Origin: Chamaesiphon sp. 336R_metabinner_41
GTDB taxonomy: Bacteria; Cyanobacteriota; Cyanobacteriia; Cyanobacteriales; Chamaesiphonaceae
NCBI GenBank assembly: GCA_025359915.1
Contig: JANYDE010000073.1
Span: forward strand, 994-64,993
Reading direction: 5' to 3'
Length of the DNA: 64,000 bases
Position numbers and translations under genes: made by a program. Positions 45,714 through 56,181 of this stretch are shown one piece after another. How positions within the stretch are numbered: position 1 is the stretch's first letter; the number at the start of each line of letters is the position of its first letter. Below the pieces are notes generated by a model. It saw only the letters and a list, made by a program, of their open reading frames with translations. It did not search any database and was not told the DNA's origin.

Positions 45714-46736
45714 ATGAATATTCCTAGCTCAATTATTACCCTCCTGCTGGGCATAGGATTAACTTTGGTTAGTCTCTGGTATGGACAAAATCACGGACTG
45801 ATGCCTGTTGCAGCCTCAGAGGAAGCAGGGCACATTGATGGCTTGTTCAATGCAATGATGACGATCTCCGTTGGACTATTTATCATAGTTCAGGGTGTAA
45901 TCGTGTATTGCGCGATTAAATTTCGCCGCAAGCCTGGAGAACTCGGCGATGGTGCGGCGATCGAAGGTAATGTACCATTAGAAATATTATGGACAGCGAT
46001 CCCTGCTGCTGTCGTATTGTGGATTTCGATCTACAGTTTTGAAATCTACAACGAAATGGGTGGTTTCGATCCTAGTGCAGATGGGATGCACGCCATGCAC
46101 GGAATGCCCGCAGGCAAAGGCAGTGCGATGGCAGCTACGATGGATGGGATCCCCCAAGGTAGTCCAATGATTGCCGCAATGGGTGTCGGGGCTTCTCCAG
46201 CCAATCAAGGCAAAGCGGCTGCTGTCAATGTCAATGTCTTGGGATTGCAGTATGCGTGGATTTTTACCTATCCAGAAATCAATATCACTTCAGGGGAACT
46301 ACACGTTCCAGTTGGTAAGGAGGTTCAACTAAATATGAACGCTCAGGATGTGATTCATGCTGTTTGGATTCCGCAATTGCGACTCAAGCAGGATGTGATC
46401 CCTGGTACACCGACTCAGTTGCGGTTTACGACGAATAAAGTTGGTACTTACCCGCTCCGATGTGCCGAGCTTTGTGGCGGTTATCATGGTTCGATGGTGA
46501 CTCAAATGATCGTCCATACTCCTGAGGAATATGACACTTGGATTGCCAGTCAGCAACAATCAGCTCAAGCTCAAGCAGAAATCGTCAAACAGACAATTGC
46601 GATGACTCCGGCGAATCTTTCGACGGGTAGCTATTTGGCGCCTTATGCGAAAGAAATGGGCGTGAAACCAGAGATGGTTAAACACCTGCATCAAGATCAT
46701 AGTATGGGTGGATCGATCGCTTCAGCAAGCAGATAA
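45714..46736 (+). CDS. ctaC: Cytochrome c oxidase subunit II
   Basis: LEILWT, DVIHAVW, CuA motif CAELCGGYHGSM. Confidence 0.97.
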   Translation: MNIPSSIITLLLGIGLTLVSLWYGQNHGLMPVAASEEAGHIDGLFNAMMTISVGLFIIVQGVIVYCAIKFRRKPGELGDGAAIEGNVPLEILWTAIPAAVVLWISIYSFEIYNEMGGFDPSADGMHAMHGMPAGKGSAMAATMDGIPQGSPMIAAMGVGASPANQGKAAAVNVNVLGLQYAWIFTYPEINITSGELHVPVGKEVQLNMNAQDVIHAVWIPQLRLKQDVIPGTPTQLRFTTNKVGTYPLRCAELCGGYHGSMVTQMIVHTPEEYDTWIASQQQSAQAQAEIVKQTIAMTPANLSTGSYLAPYAKEMGVKPEMVKHLHQDHSMGGSIASASR

Positions 46737-46748
46737 TTTTGTGGAGAT

Positions 46749-46811
46749 GCGGAGATCTTTACCCCACCCCAGCCCTCCCCTTGTAAAGGGGAGGGCTGGG
46801 GTGGGGTAAAG
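46749..46811. repeat. Near-perfect long palindrome of the same GC-rich family
   Basis: TTTACCCCACCCCAGCCCTCCCCTT-GT-AAAGGGGAGGGCTGGGGTGGGGTAAA. Confidence 0.88.
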
Positions 46812-46914
46812 CCACCTCAAACTAAGCAGTAATAGACGAGTACAGCATTTCTCTCTAATTACGAGATCCAAACTAGGGTTTAATCCCTATCCCCTAATCC
46901 CTATCCTGTAGAAA

Positions 46915-48564
46915 ATGACAGCAGAATTAACAATTCCTACCCAAACATCATCGAAAGATGATGTCGTCGTCCATCATCGAACATGGAAAGACTATTTTAC
47001 ATTTAGTAGCGATCATAAAGTGATTGGGATTCAGTACTTTGTGACTGGATTTATTTTCTATATTATTGGTGGTTTATTAGCCGAAGCAATTCGGACAGAA
47101 CTAGCAACTCCCGATGCCGATCTTGTCGATCCGAGTACATACAATAGTATGTTCACTATGCACGGTACAATTATGATCTTCTTGTGGATCGTACCTGCGG
47201 GAACGGGAGCTTTTGCCAACTATCTTTTACCCCTGATGATTGGGGCTAGAGATATGGCATTTCCTAAACTGAATGCTGTGGCATTTTGGATTATCCCACC
47301 GACTGGATTAATGCTGATGGCAAGCTTCTTTTTAGGTCCAGCTCAATCTGGCTGGACTTCCTATCCACCGCTGAGTTTGCTCACTGGTAAGGTGGGTGAA
47401 GGGATCTGGATTATGAGTCTATTGTTACTCGGAACATCGTCAATTTTGGGAGGAATTAATTTCTTCACCACAATTTTGAAGATGCGAATTCCAAGTATGT
47501 CAATGATGCAAATGCCCTTGTTCTGTTGGGCAATGTTAGCAACATCATTGTTGATGATTATTTCGACTCCAGTTCTGGCTGGTGCGTTGATTTTACTCTC
47601 CTTCGATCTCATCGCGGGAACCGCATTTTTTAATCCGGCTGGTGGTGGTGAACCAGTAGTTTACCAGCATATGTTCTGGTTCTATTCTCACCCTGCGGTA
47701 TATATTATGGTGTTGCCCTTTTTCGGGGTAATTTCCGAAGTAATTCCCGTCCATTGTCGCAAACCAATTTTCGGTTACGGTGCGATCGCGTATTCTAGTA
47801 TGGTGATTAGTTTCTTAGGCTTAATCGTCTGGGCGCATCATATGTTTACTAGTGGTACACCTCCATGGTTGCGGATGTTTTTCATGATTACCACGATGGT
47901 AATTGCGGTACCGACAGGGATTAAAATCTTCGGTTGGTTAGCAACAATGTGGGGCGGTAAAATTACCCTCAATAGTCCGATGCTATTTGCGATGGGCTTT
48001 ATTTCTACCTTCGTAATTGGTGGAATTACTGGCGTAATGTTAGCGGCGGTACCGTTTGATATTCACGTTCATGATACCTATTTCGTCGTCGCCCACTTGC
48101 ACTATGTGCTATTTGGCGGGAGCGTCTTTGGTATCTATACAGGCATCTATCACTGGTTCCCTAAAGTCACAGGGCGACATATTAATGATACCTGGGGTAA
48201 GATTCACTTCGCTTTAACTTACATTGGTTTTAACGTTACTTTCCTTCCAATGCACGTACTTGGATTGCAAGGGATGCCCCGTCGGATTGCAATGTATGCA
48301 CCAGAATTCCAGGGTTTGAATCAAATCATTACCTATGCGAGTTATGTGTTGGCGATTTCGACAGTACCATTCTTGGTAAATGCGATTTACTGTGCTTATA
48401 AGGGCGAGCCAGCAGGGAACAATCCTTGGAATGCGTTAACTCTTGATTGGCAAACCACTTCGCCACCAGAAATCGAGAATTTTGAGGTGTTGCCTGTGTT
48501 AACTACAGGACCTTATGATTATGGTGAAGAGGAAGAAGAAGAGAAAGAATTAACGGCTGTTTAA
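46915..48564 (+). CDS. ctaD: Cytochrome c oxidase subunit I
   Basis: TMHGTIMIF, WFYSHPAVY, VWAHHMF, HDTYFVVAHLHYV. Confidence 0.98.
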   Translation: MTAELTIPTQTSSKDDVVVHHRTWKDYFTFSSDHKVIGIQYFVTGFIFYIIGGLLAEAIRTELATPDADLVDPSTYNSMFTMHGTIMIFLWIVPAGTGAFANYLLPLMIGARDMAFPKLNAVAFWIIPPTGLMLMASFFLGPAQSGWTSYPPLSLLTGKVGEGIWIMSLLLLGTSSILGGINFFTTILKMRIPSMSMMQMPLFCWAMLATSLLMIISTPVLAGALILLSFDLIAGTAFFNPAGGGEPVVYQHMFWFYSHPAVYIMVLPFFGVISEVIPVHCRKPIFGYGAIAYSSMVISFLGLIVWAHHMFTSGTPPWLRMFFMITTMVIAVPTGIKIFGWLATMWGGKITLNSPMLFAMGFISTFVIGGITGVMLAAVPFDIHVHDTYFVVAHLHYVLFGGSVFGIYTGIYHWFPKVTGRHINDTWGKIHFALTYIGFNVTFLPMHVLGLQGMPRRIAMYAPEFQGLNQIITYASYVLAISTVPFLVNAIYCAYKGEPAGNNPWNALTLDWQTTSPPEIENFEVLPVLTTGPYDYGEEEEEEKELTAV

Positions 48565-48570
48565 AATTTT

Positions 48571-48654
48571 GTAGGTTGGGTTGAGGGACGAAACCCAACA
48601 ATCCCGTCAAGTAATGCTTGAGTGTGTTGGGTTTCATTCTTCAACCCAACCTAC
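48571..48654. repeat. REPIN-like doublet of GTAG-type REPs
   Basis: GTAGGTTGGGTTGAGGGACGAAACCCAACA...TGTTGGGTTTCATTCTTCAACCCAACCTAC. Confidence 0.8.
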
Positions 48655-48804
48655 AGATCTATAAACTCGAACTGCTGTTTAGTTATCAGTATTGAATTTT
48701 AGATTTGCTGCGGAGATCTACCCACCCCGCCTGCGGCACCCCTCCGTTCGCGAAGCGTCTGCCTTAGCAGAGGAGGGGATTTTTCACCTATCCCCTAAAT
48801 TTTT

Positions 48805-49419
48805 ATGCAAGGATCTATTTCTGACAAGACGCAGATAAATATTGAAACTGATACCCACGGTAGCCATCATGAGGCGCATCCTGACTTTCGGATTTTCGGG
48901 CTAATCGTGTTTCTGGTTGCTGAGGGAATGATTTTCCTGGGGCTTTTTATTGCTTACTTAGCTTTCCGTTCGATGGCACCGGAATGGCCGCCAGCAGGCA
49001 CGCCAAAGCTTGAATTGATGCTTCCAGGTATAAATACGGTTATTCTGCTTTCAAGTAGCCTAGTAATCCACCAGGCGGATACGGCGATTAAGAAGAATGA
49101 TGTCAAAGGGCTGCAATTGTGGTTTGGATTGACTGCTTTAATGGGGATTATTTTCCTCGGCGGACAGTTGTATGAATACAGCCATTTAGAATTCGGACTG
49201 CGGACGAATTTGTTTGCTAGTACCTTCTATGTTTTGACTGGATTCCACGGACTGCACGTTACTGTCGGCGTACTCTTGATTTTATCAGTGTTATGGAGAT
49301 CGATGAAACCCGAACATTATGGTACTCAAAATCATTTTGGTGTCGAAGCTGCCGAAATTTATTGGCACTTTGTCGATGTAATTTGGGTGCTGTTATTCAT
49401 CCTCTTATATCTACTCTAA
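48805..49419 (+). CDS. ctaE: Cytochrome c oxidase subunit III
   Basis: FYVLTGFHGLHV, YWHFVDVIW. Confidence 0.97.
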   Translation: MQGSISDKTQINIETDTHGSHHEAHPDFRIFGLIVFLVAEGMIFLGLFIAYLAFRSMAPEWPPAGTPKLELMLPGINTVILLSSSLVIHQADTAIKKNDVKGLQLWFGLTALMGIIFLGGQLYEYSHLEFGLRTNLFASTFYVLTGFHGLHVTVGVLLILSVLWRSMKPEHYGTQNHFGVEAAEIYWHFVDVIWVLLFILLYLL

Positions 49420-49583
49420 TTTCTCCCGTAGGATTACTGCGGAGCATAACGCACCAAAATTAAGGCATCACATCCAAAATAAAGAGTCGTGGGTTAATTT
49501 AAACCGACGACTCTTTAATATTTGAATTGGAGATTAATGATTGAGTTGGTGCGTTAGGGCTACCGCCGTAACACACCCTAAGA

Positions 49584-51002
49584 TTAGTTTTCTCTTTCAG
49601 CCAAGCTCAAGCCAGCGGCGAATTCTTCGCCGTAGCCTTCTTCACCATGCTCATTGATATCTAAACCTTGATATTCAGCTTCAGGTTTAACTCTTAGCTC
49701 CATTACCAAACTGAGAACTTTGATGATGATAAAAGTACCAACACCTGCAATTACGTAGGTGATAATCGTGGCAACAATTTGCTTACCTAATAATTCAGGA
49801 CTACCACTAACTAGTAAACCATCAGCACCAGCAGAGTTAACTGCTTTAGTGGCAAAGATACCAGTCAAGATCGCACCAACAGTACCACCTAAACCGTGAA
49901 CTGGGAAGGTGTCGAGCGAATCATCAAACTGTAATTTGGCTCTAAGGCTGACACCAAAGAAGCAACAAGTCGCTGTAATCAAACCGATGAGAATCGCACT
50001 CAATGGAGTCACAAACCCAGCCGCAGGAGTAATCCCGACTAAGCCAGCCAGGAAACCACTCGCAATCCCGACAGCAGTAGGTTTAGTCCGTAATGTCCAC
50101 TCTAAAATCATCCACATTAAGCCACCAGCACAGCTAGCAACAGCAGTGGCGACGAATGCAACAACGGCTAAACCATTTGCACCTAAAGCACTACCACCAT
50201 TGAACCCAAACCAGCCGAAGAATAGTAATCCAATTCCCAACAGCACATAAGGCACATTGTGCGGTGCTGCTGGTTGATTGGGATATGTTCTACGAGAACC
50301 AACCATCCAAGCGGCGACGACGGCAGAAACACCAGAACTGATGTGAACTACGGTACCACCAGCAAAATCTAAAGCACCGAGGGTTGCACCGATATAACCT
50401 TTACCCCAAACCATGTGAGCTAGGGGTGAGTAGATCAGTGTAGACCAAATAATTGCAAACCAGAAGTAAGCTTTGAAGCTCATCCGTTCGACAATTGCGC
50501 CAGAAATTAAGGCTGGTGTGATGATGGCAAACATCATCTGATAAACCATGAATAGTTGGTGGGGAATGGTTGGTGCATAGCCGACAGGATCTGGTTTGTC
50601 GAAGGCTACACCATTTAATCCAAACCAATTTAAGTTACCAAAAATTGGATTTGTGCTAACTGTAACTACATCTTTAACGGTAGTTACCGAGTCAGGTGAG
50701 AAGGCGATACTATAGCCCCAGAGTACCCAAGTTACACCGACAACTGCCATTAATACCAGACTCATCATCATGGTATTGAGGACGTTCCTAGAGCGGACTA
50801 ATCCACCGTAGAAAAATGCGAGTCCTGGAGTCATCAGCAAGACTAAGGCTGATGAGACTAACACCCAAGCTGTATCACCAGTGTTGATGCCATCGACATC
50901 CATTGCGGGTGTTTTGACAGGATCGGCTAGCGCGTTGCCCATTAGTGGTCCACTGAGAACCCACAGAGCCATTAAGCATACAAGGAGAATTTTTTTGAAC
51001 AC
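49584..51002 (-). CDS. amt: Ammonium transporter
   Basis: DTAWVLVSSALV, FYGGLVRSRN, DFAGGTVVHISSG, FGWFGFNGGS, VHG. Confidence 0.97.
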   Translation of the reverse strand: MFKKILLVCLMALWVLSGPLMGNALADPVKTPAMDVDGINTGDTAWVLVSSALVLLMTPGLAFFYGGLVRSRNVLNTMMMSLVLMAVVGVTWVLWGYSIAFSPDSVTTVKDVVTVSTNPIFGNLNWFGLNGVAFDKPDPVGYAPTIPHQLFMVYQMMFAIITPALISGAIVERMSFKAYFWFAIIWSTLIYSPLAHMVWGKGYIGATLGALDFAGGTVVHISSGVSAVVAAWMVGSRRTYPNQPAAPHNVPYVLLGIGLLFFGWFGFNGGSALGANGLAVVAFVATAVASCAGGLMWMILEWTLRTKPTAVGIASGFLAGLVGITPAAGFVTPLSAILIGLITATCCFFGVSLRAKLQFDDSLDTFPVHGLGGTVGAILTGIFATKAVNSAGADGLLVSGSPELLGKQIVATIITYVIAGVGTFIIIKVLSLVMELRVKPEAEYQGLDINEHGEEGYGEEFAAGLSLAEREN

Positions 51003-51066
51003 TTGTTCTATCCTTTGTGACAGAGTATTTGAAGAGAAAAATTATGTATCGTGTTGGGACAATTCT

Positions 51067-51103
51067 GTGTTTCGAGATACAAAAATTCTGTATAACAAGA
51101 TAC
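51067..51103 (-). promoter_or_regulatory. Putative tandem NtcA boxes upstream of amt
   Basis: GTA-N8-TAC at 51090-51103 and GTA-N8-CAC at 51067-51080 (minus strand), each 22 nt from a -10-like hexamer (CAGAAT, TAATTT). Confidence 0.7.
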
Positions 51104-51283
51104 CTTGTTATCGACTTGGGCATTATCTATTAATAGAAAATATTAACAAAGTATTTTTGTAGTGTAAATCGATTCTCGTTCCGTTTCTCCGCAAGAGAGG
51201 CGTGCCTACGGCAGGCTATTATACTGACGGTAGGCTAACGCCAACGCCAACGCGGGAAAGCATCAGCTCCAAGTTAGGAATCT

Positions 51284-51799
51284 TTAAATGGCTAAATAAT
51301 TGCGATAGCCAATCTCGTCTAATCTGGCTTGTTTGCTTATTACCATATCTTTGAGACTCTCTCGATAGTGTTGAATTTGGGTTAATAATGCGGGATCTCC
51401 AGTGGCGAGAATTTGGACGGCTAATAGTCCAGCATTTGTAGCATTACCGATCGAAACCGTAGCCACGGGGATACCTGCGGGCATTTGGACGATCGAGTAT
51501 AGTGAGTCAATCCCCTGTAATGCTTTGGTCTGAATTGGCACACCAATTACGGGTAATGGCGTAAGGGCGGCTACCATGCCTGGTAAATGAGCTGCGCCAC
51601 CCGCGCCAGCGATAATTACTTTTAAGCCGCGTTTGTGGGCTGTTTGGGCGTATTCTACCATCCGTTCTGGGGTACGATGGGCAGAGACGATCGCCACTTC
51701 ATGCGGTATCTCAAATTGTTCGCAGATTTCGATCGCAGCTTTCATGGTGGGTAAGTCTGAATCGCTTCCCATGATGATGCCGATTAGTGTTGCTGTCAT
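51284..51799 (-). CDS. purE: N5-CAIR mutase
   Basis: [27 protein letters not shown]; ATG at 51799. Confidence 0.98.
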   Translation of the reverse strand: MTATLIGIIMGSDSDLPTMKAAIEICEQFEIPHEVAIVSAHRTPERMVEYAQTAHKRGLKVIIAGAGGAAHLPGMVAALTPLPVIGVPIQTKALQGIDSLYSIVQMPAGIPVATVSIGNATNAGLLAVQILATGDPALLTQIQHYRESLKDMVISKQARLDEIGYRNYLAI

Positions 51800-51898
51800 A
51801 GGAGTAGGGTAAAGGGTAAAGGTTAAAGGGTAAAGGTTTAAACTTACCAACCTATGGCTAGGATAAGTGATGAATGAAAACCTCGTATCCAAATAGTC

Positions 51899-53053
51899 AT
51901 GAAAAATTGCAAGATTATTAATGCTCGAATCCCTGGCTATGAGGAGCTGCAAGAGTTAGCCATCTGTGATGGGAAAATTATGGCAATTGCTCCGTCTGTA
52001 GCGATGACGGATCTACCGATTTTAGATGTAGAGGGGGATTGGATTTCTTTGGGTGGGGTGGATCTTCAGATTAATGGGGCGTTGGGATTGGCGTTTCCTG
52101 ATGTGCAGATCTCGGATTTTGGACGATTGACAGAGATTTGTAATTTCCTGTGGGAGCAAGGTGTAGACGGATTTTTACCGACTATCGTGACTACTTCGAT
52201 CGAGAATATCCATCGATCGTTGGCTGTCTTTACTGAGTTTATGGCACAACAGCCCGATAATACGGCAAAAGTCCTCGGCGCGCATCTAGAAGGGCCATTT
52301 CTCAATCCTCAAAAACGGGGTGCTCATCCTGAGGAATATTTACTACCATTAACGCTAGATTCTGTTAGAGCAGTCCTCAGTAAATATGCGGGCATTGTGA
52401 AAGTAATTACACTTGCCGCTGAATTAGACCAGACAGGTATGGTAATCCCCTATTTGAGGTCTTTAGGCATTATTGTCAGCTTAGGGCATTCACAGGCGAA
52501 TTTTGCCCAGGCTGAGAGTGCGTTTGGTAGTGGCGCGTCAATGGTGACTCATGCTTTTAATGCGATGCCAGGATTGCATCATCGGGAGCCAGGGCTATTG
52601 GGTTCGGCGTTAACTCAAAGCCATGTTCAGTGCGGGTTTATTGCCGATGGACAACACGTTCATCCGGCGATGTTGAAGCTGTTGATGCGATCGGGTAATT
52701 ACACCGACGGGTTATTCTTGGTGAGCGATGCTTTAGCACCACTGGGTTTACCTGATGGTAAATATCCCTGGGATGTGCGCGAAATCGAGGTGATTGATGG
52801 TACTGCTAGATTAGCAGATGGGACGTTGTCGGGGACGACTCGATCGCTTTTGGTTGGAGTGCAGAATCTAGTTAAGTGGGGAATTTGCGATCCTGGTACG
52901 GCAATTTTGCTTGCAACTATCGCTCCTCGTCACGCATTGATCCAAACTGATGACAGACATGGAACTCTCGATGATGATTATCTAGGACAAGCAGCTAATT
53001 TACTGCGATGGAAACCGGATTTAGCTGATTTTGTCAGGGTGCGATCAATCTAA
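51899..53053 (+). CDS. nagA: N-acetylglucosamine-6-phosphate deacetylase
   Basis: [36 protein letters not shown]. Confidence 0.95.
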   Translation: MKNCKIINARIPGYEELQELAICDGKIMAIAPSVAMTDLPILDVEGDWISLGGVDLQINGALGLAFPDVQISDFGRLTEICNFLWEQGVDGFLPTIVTTSIENIHRSLAVFTEFMAQQPDNTAKVLGAHLEGPFLNPQKRGAHPEEYLLPLTLDSVRAVLSKYAGIVKVITLAAELDQTGMVIPYLRSLGIIVSLGHSQANFAQAESAFGSGASMVTHAFNAMPGLHHREPGLLGSALTQSHVQCGFIADGQHVHPAMLKLLMRSGNYTDGLFLVSDALAPLGLPDGKYPWDVREIEVIDGTARLADGTLSGTTRSLLVGVQNLVKWGICDPGTAILLATIAPRHALIQTDDRHGTLDDDYLGQAANLLRWKPDLADFVRVRSI

Positions 53054-53106
53054 AAGCTAAATCGGCTATAATCATTGGTGAATATACGTTTGGATGATAT
53101 AAATCT

Positions 53107-53511
53107 GTGGGACAGTACGAACGGCTGGTATTGATGGCGGAAGACGAACTAACTCAATACAGCAGTGATGCTCGCAAAATTGAGAAACTACGTCAAAAGA
53201 TTGGTTTATTTGTCACGAGAGAACAGCAAAAAGAAGTCAAAATAGCCTTAGAAACAGAACTACCCACAGGGGGAATCGTTAAATTAGTCGAAACCCAAAG
53301 ACAAACGGTGGCGTTGCCTTTTTGGGGAATTGCTGGCTTGGGTTTATTGTTTGGAATTTCGCTCAATCAACCGCTAGATTATATCGCGGCGGTAGGTGGC
53401 ACAGTCGCTGCAATTGCGATCCAAAAATGGGGCTGGAAACTCTATGCGAAGCGCATTGTTTTAGATACGTTGATTGATATTGAAAATAAAATTAAGGCAA
53501 TTAAACCTTGA
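53107..53511 (+). CDS. Conserved cyanobacterial membrane protein
   Basis: GTG start, two C-terminal hydrophobic segments; sits in the nagA-mtnP run. Confidence 0.7.
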   Translation: MGQYERLVLMAEDELTQYSSDARKIEKLRQKIGLFVTREQQKEVKIALETELPTGGIVKLVETQRQTVALPFWGIAGLGLLFGISLNQPLDYIAAVGGTVAAIAIQKWGWKLYAKRIVLDTLIDIENKIKAIKP

Positions 53512-53564
53512 GTTAGGGCATAGGGGATAGTGAACAGTCAAAATACTAATTATCAATTAATTTA

Positions 53565-54437
53565 ATGAGTGATGTAAAAATTGGGATTATTGGCGGTAGT
53601 GGACTTTACCAAATGTCCGCCTTAACAAATGTGCGGGAAGTGAATGTCGAGACACCTTTTGGCAAACCTTCTGACAATCTCATCGTCGGCGAGTTAGATG
53701 GAGTAAAAGTAGTTTTTCTGGCGAGACACGGACGCAACCATCATCTCACACCTTCAGAAGTTCCGTATCGCGCAAATATCTATGCGATGAAACAAATCGG
53801 GGTTGAATACCTAATTTCAGTATCAGCGGTAGGTTCCTTACAATCTGAAGTAAAACCGTTAGATTTAGTGTTACCGGATCAATTTATCGATCGAACTAAA
53901 AGCCGCATCAGCACTTTTTTTGGTGAAGGCATTGTCGGGCATATTGCATTTGGCGATCCAATCTGTCATCAGCTAGCAGGTGTCTTGGCAGAATCAATCG
54001 AATCACTCAATCTCCCCAATCTTACTCTACATCGCGGCGGTACATATATCTGTATGGAAGGGCCAGCATTTTCCACCAAAGCTGAGTCAAATATGTATCG
54101 AATGCTCGGTGGTACAATTATTGGAATGACTAATTTGCCTGAAGCAAAATTAGCCAGAGAAGCCGAAATTGCTTACGCAACATTAGCATTAGCAACTGAT
54201 TATGATTGTTGGCATCCAGACCATGATAGCGTGACTGTAGATATGATAATTGGTAATCTCCATAAAAATGCTAGTAATGCTCAACAAGTAATCCAAGAGA
54301 CTGTCAAACGCTTCGGCGAAAATCTATTTGTTTCTGAAGCACATTCAGCTCTTAAGTATGCAATTATTACCCCGATGGATAAAGTACCTGCCGCTACGAA
54401 ACAGAAATTAGAATTGCTACTGAAAAAATACCTTTAA
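53565..54437 (+). CDS. mtnP: S-methyl-5'-thioadenosine phosphorylase
   Basis: [44 protein letters not shown]. Confidence 0.96.
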   Translation: MSDVKIGIIGGSGLYQMSALTNVREVNVETPFGKPSDNLIVGELDGVKVVFLARHGRNHHLTPSEVPYRANIYAMKQIGVEYLISVSAVGSLQSEVKPLDLVLPDQFIDRTKSRISTFFGEGIVGHIAFGDPICHQLAGVLAESIESLNLPNLTLHRGGTYICMEGPAFSTKAESNMYRMLGGTIIGMTNLPEAKLAREAEIAYATLALATDYDCWHPDHDSVTVDMIIGNLHKNASNAQQVIQETVKRFGENLFVSEAHSALKYAIITPMDKVPAATKQKLELLLKKYL

Positions 54438-54553
54438 CAATGTACAGTGAACAATTAATCAAGTAGCAAGGCTCCAAAATAAGTGTCTTTACGAAAGTCT
54501 TTGTTTTAGAGATTGAATCACCGTGCTGAGAAATCATTTATTACTTATTACTT

Positions 54554-54958
54554 ATGATTGATTGGTCGATTGGTGACTTACCTGGCATAAATAGCACTGA
54601 ACAAACTTTACTCCAGGAAGTAGGGATTACAACTACCGGACAATTACTCGCAATTGCCCCAGATGCGGCTACAAAACAGCAATTGGCAATTAAACTGTGC
54701 TTCAAAATTCAGTATGTGAACAAATTAGTCGCATTAGCAGATTTAGCAAGATTAGCTGGAGTTGGCTGTCAATATAATGGCTTGTTACTCCACACCGGAA
54801 TAATTTCGGTCAAACAATTAGCCCAAATGCCAGCTCACAAAATTCATCAACAATTGCTAAAATTGCATGTAGCTACACTACAAAGGCGAGATCTCTGTCC
54901 AGATCTCGCTCAAGTTCAGGGTTGGATTAAACAAGCAAAGGGATTAGTTGATAATTGA
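54554..54958 (+). CDS. DUF4332-like HhH protein
   Basis: LPGI...LADLARLAGVGCQYNGLLLHTGI. Confidence 0.75.
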   Translation: MIDWSIGDLPGINSTEQTLLQEVGITTTGQLLAIAPDAATKQQLAIKLCFKIQYVNKLVALADLARLAGVGCQYNGLLLHTGIISVKQLAQMPAHKIHQQLLKLHVATLQRRDLCPDLAQVQGWIKQAKGLVDN

Positions 54959-54991
54959 TTTCACTATTCATTGTTCACTATTCCCTATCTC

Positions 54992-55606
54992 CTACTTCTT
55001 AGCTAACACTCCATTCAAAAAAATATCAGCCAATCCTTCAGCCATATCCTTCATTTCCACAGGACTTGCACCTGGTTGAACGATGGTTTCATGACTAAAT
55101 CCTGCTACAACAAACATCCCTAAAAATACCTGGGCAATTACACGCGGATTCATCTTTCGATAGACACCTCGATCCATTGCTGTTTGAAAAAAAGCTTCAG
55201 CGACATCAGTCATTTTGCTCACCACTTCAGCTTGAATTCGATCGCGTAAATCTGGATGAAATTGGACTTCCATAAAACAGACTCGCATCATATCATAATT
55301 ATCGCCTAATCGGAGCATTCTCTTGTACATGACATGAGAGATTGCTTCATAGCTAGCCATCTCACTCAATTCTGTTAATAAATCAGTCAACAATTCAATC
55401 CAACCTTGGGTGGCAACTTCGACGAGGACTGCTTTTTTATTAGTAAAATGGCGAAATAAAGTACCTTCGGCAATTCCGGCTTTTTCTGCCAATTCTTTTG
55501 TGGTAGTACCATCATAGCCATTACGGGCAAATAGTTTTTGAGCCGCCTTGAGAATCTTATCGCGGGTATTTAGTTCTGTTTTCTGTTCGCGACGAAATAT
55601 CTGCAT
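54992..55606 (-). CDS. TetR family transcriptional regulator
   Basis: ILKAAQKLFARNGYDGTTTKELAEKAGIAEGTLFRHF HTH. Confidence 0.95.
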   Translation of the reverse strand: MQIFRREQKTELNTRDKILKAAQKLFARNGYDGTTTKELAEKAGIAEGTLFRHFTNKKAVLVEVATQGWIELLTDLLTELSEMASYEAISHVMYKRMLRLGDNYDMMRVCFMEVQFHPDLRDRIQAEVVSKMTDVAEAFFQTAMDRGVYRKMNPRVIAQVFLGMFVVAGFSHETIVQPGASPVEMKDMAEGLADIFLNGVLAKK

Positions 55607-56181
55607 ATATGCCCAGCATACTCAAATGCTCATTTAATGGGATCTCTACATTATTAGGCTAATAAAAATAGGTATTTACAGACTGCTTTACAGTTCTTTG
55701 GAGATAGTTACGCCGCTTTACAATCATGATACCGATCGCGATTTTACTTCAATTTTCTTAATACTTCAGTTAATTTCAGCTTGAAAGACTCCCTAAAGCT
55801 TAAAGCTTTTCTTAAAGTAAGTAAAAATCCCCCATAACCAAGTACTCCTTAGAGGTTGCTTGAAAAGTATAAGATAGCACTCGTAGACCCTAGAGGATCC
55901 CCCCTAGCCCCCCGTAAAAAGTAGGGTGGTTTCATACAAGAAAAGAAAAAAGAGTAATTTACCGTTAAGTTCCTCTTAACTTCCCGATCTTCCCTGGTAC
56001 CTAAATAATTCAAATGCGAACATAGTAATCAAACACACCACCTTGTCCAATGCTCATGCAATAATCCAGTCGAATTTTTCCGACTGGAGAGCATTTGCCC
56101 CTAACATCGATATCCGAATTAAAGAAAGCTCCGCTACTGAATTAGGAGCAATAATTTTATCGGTAGTGCAAACATTGGCTG

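Noticed and set aside
51800-51952. Extended purE start
   Set aside because: It runs through a (GGGTAAA)n repeat and overlaps nagA; the real start is 51799
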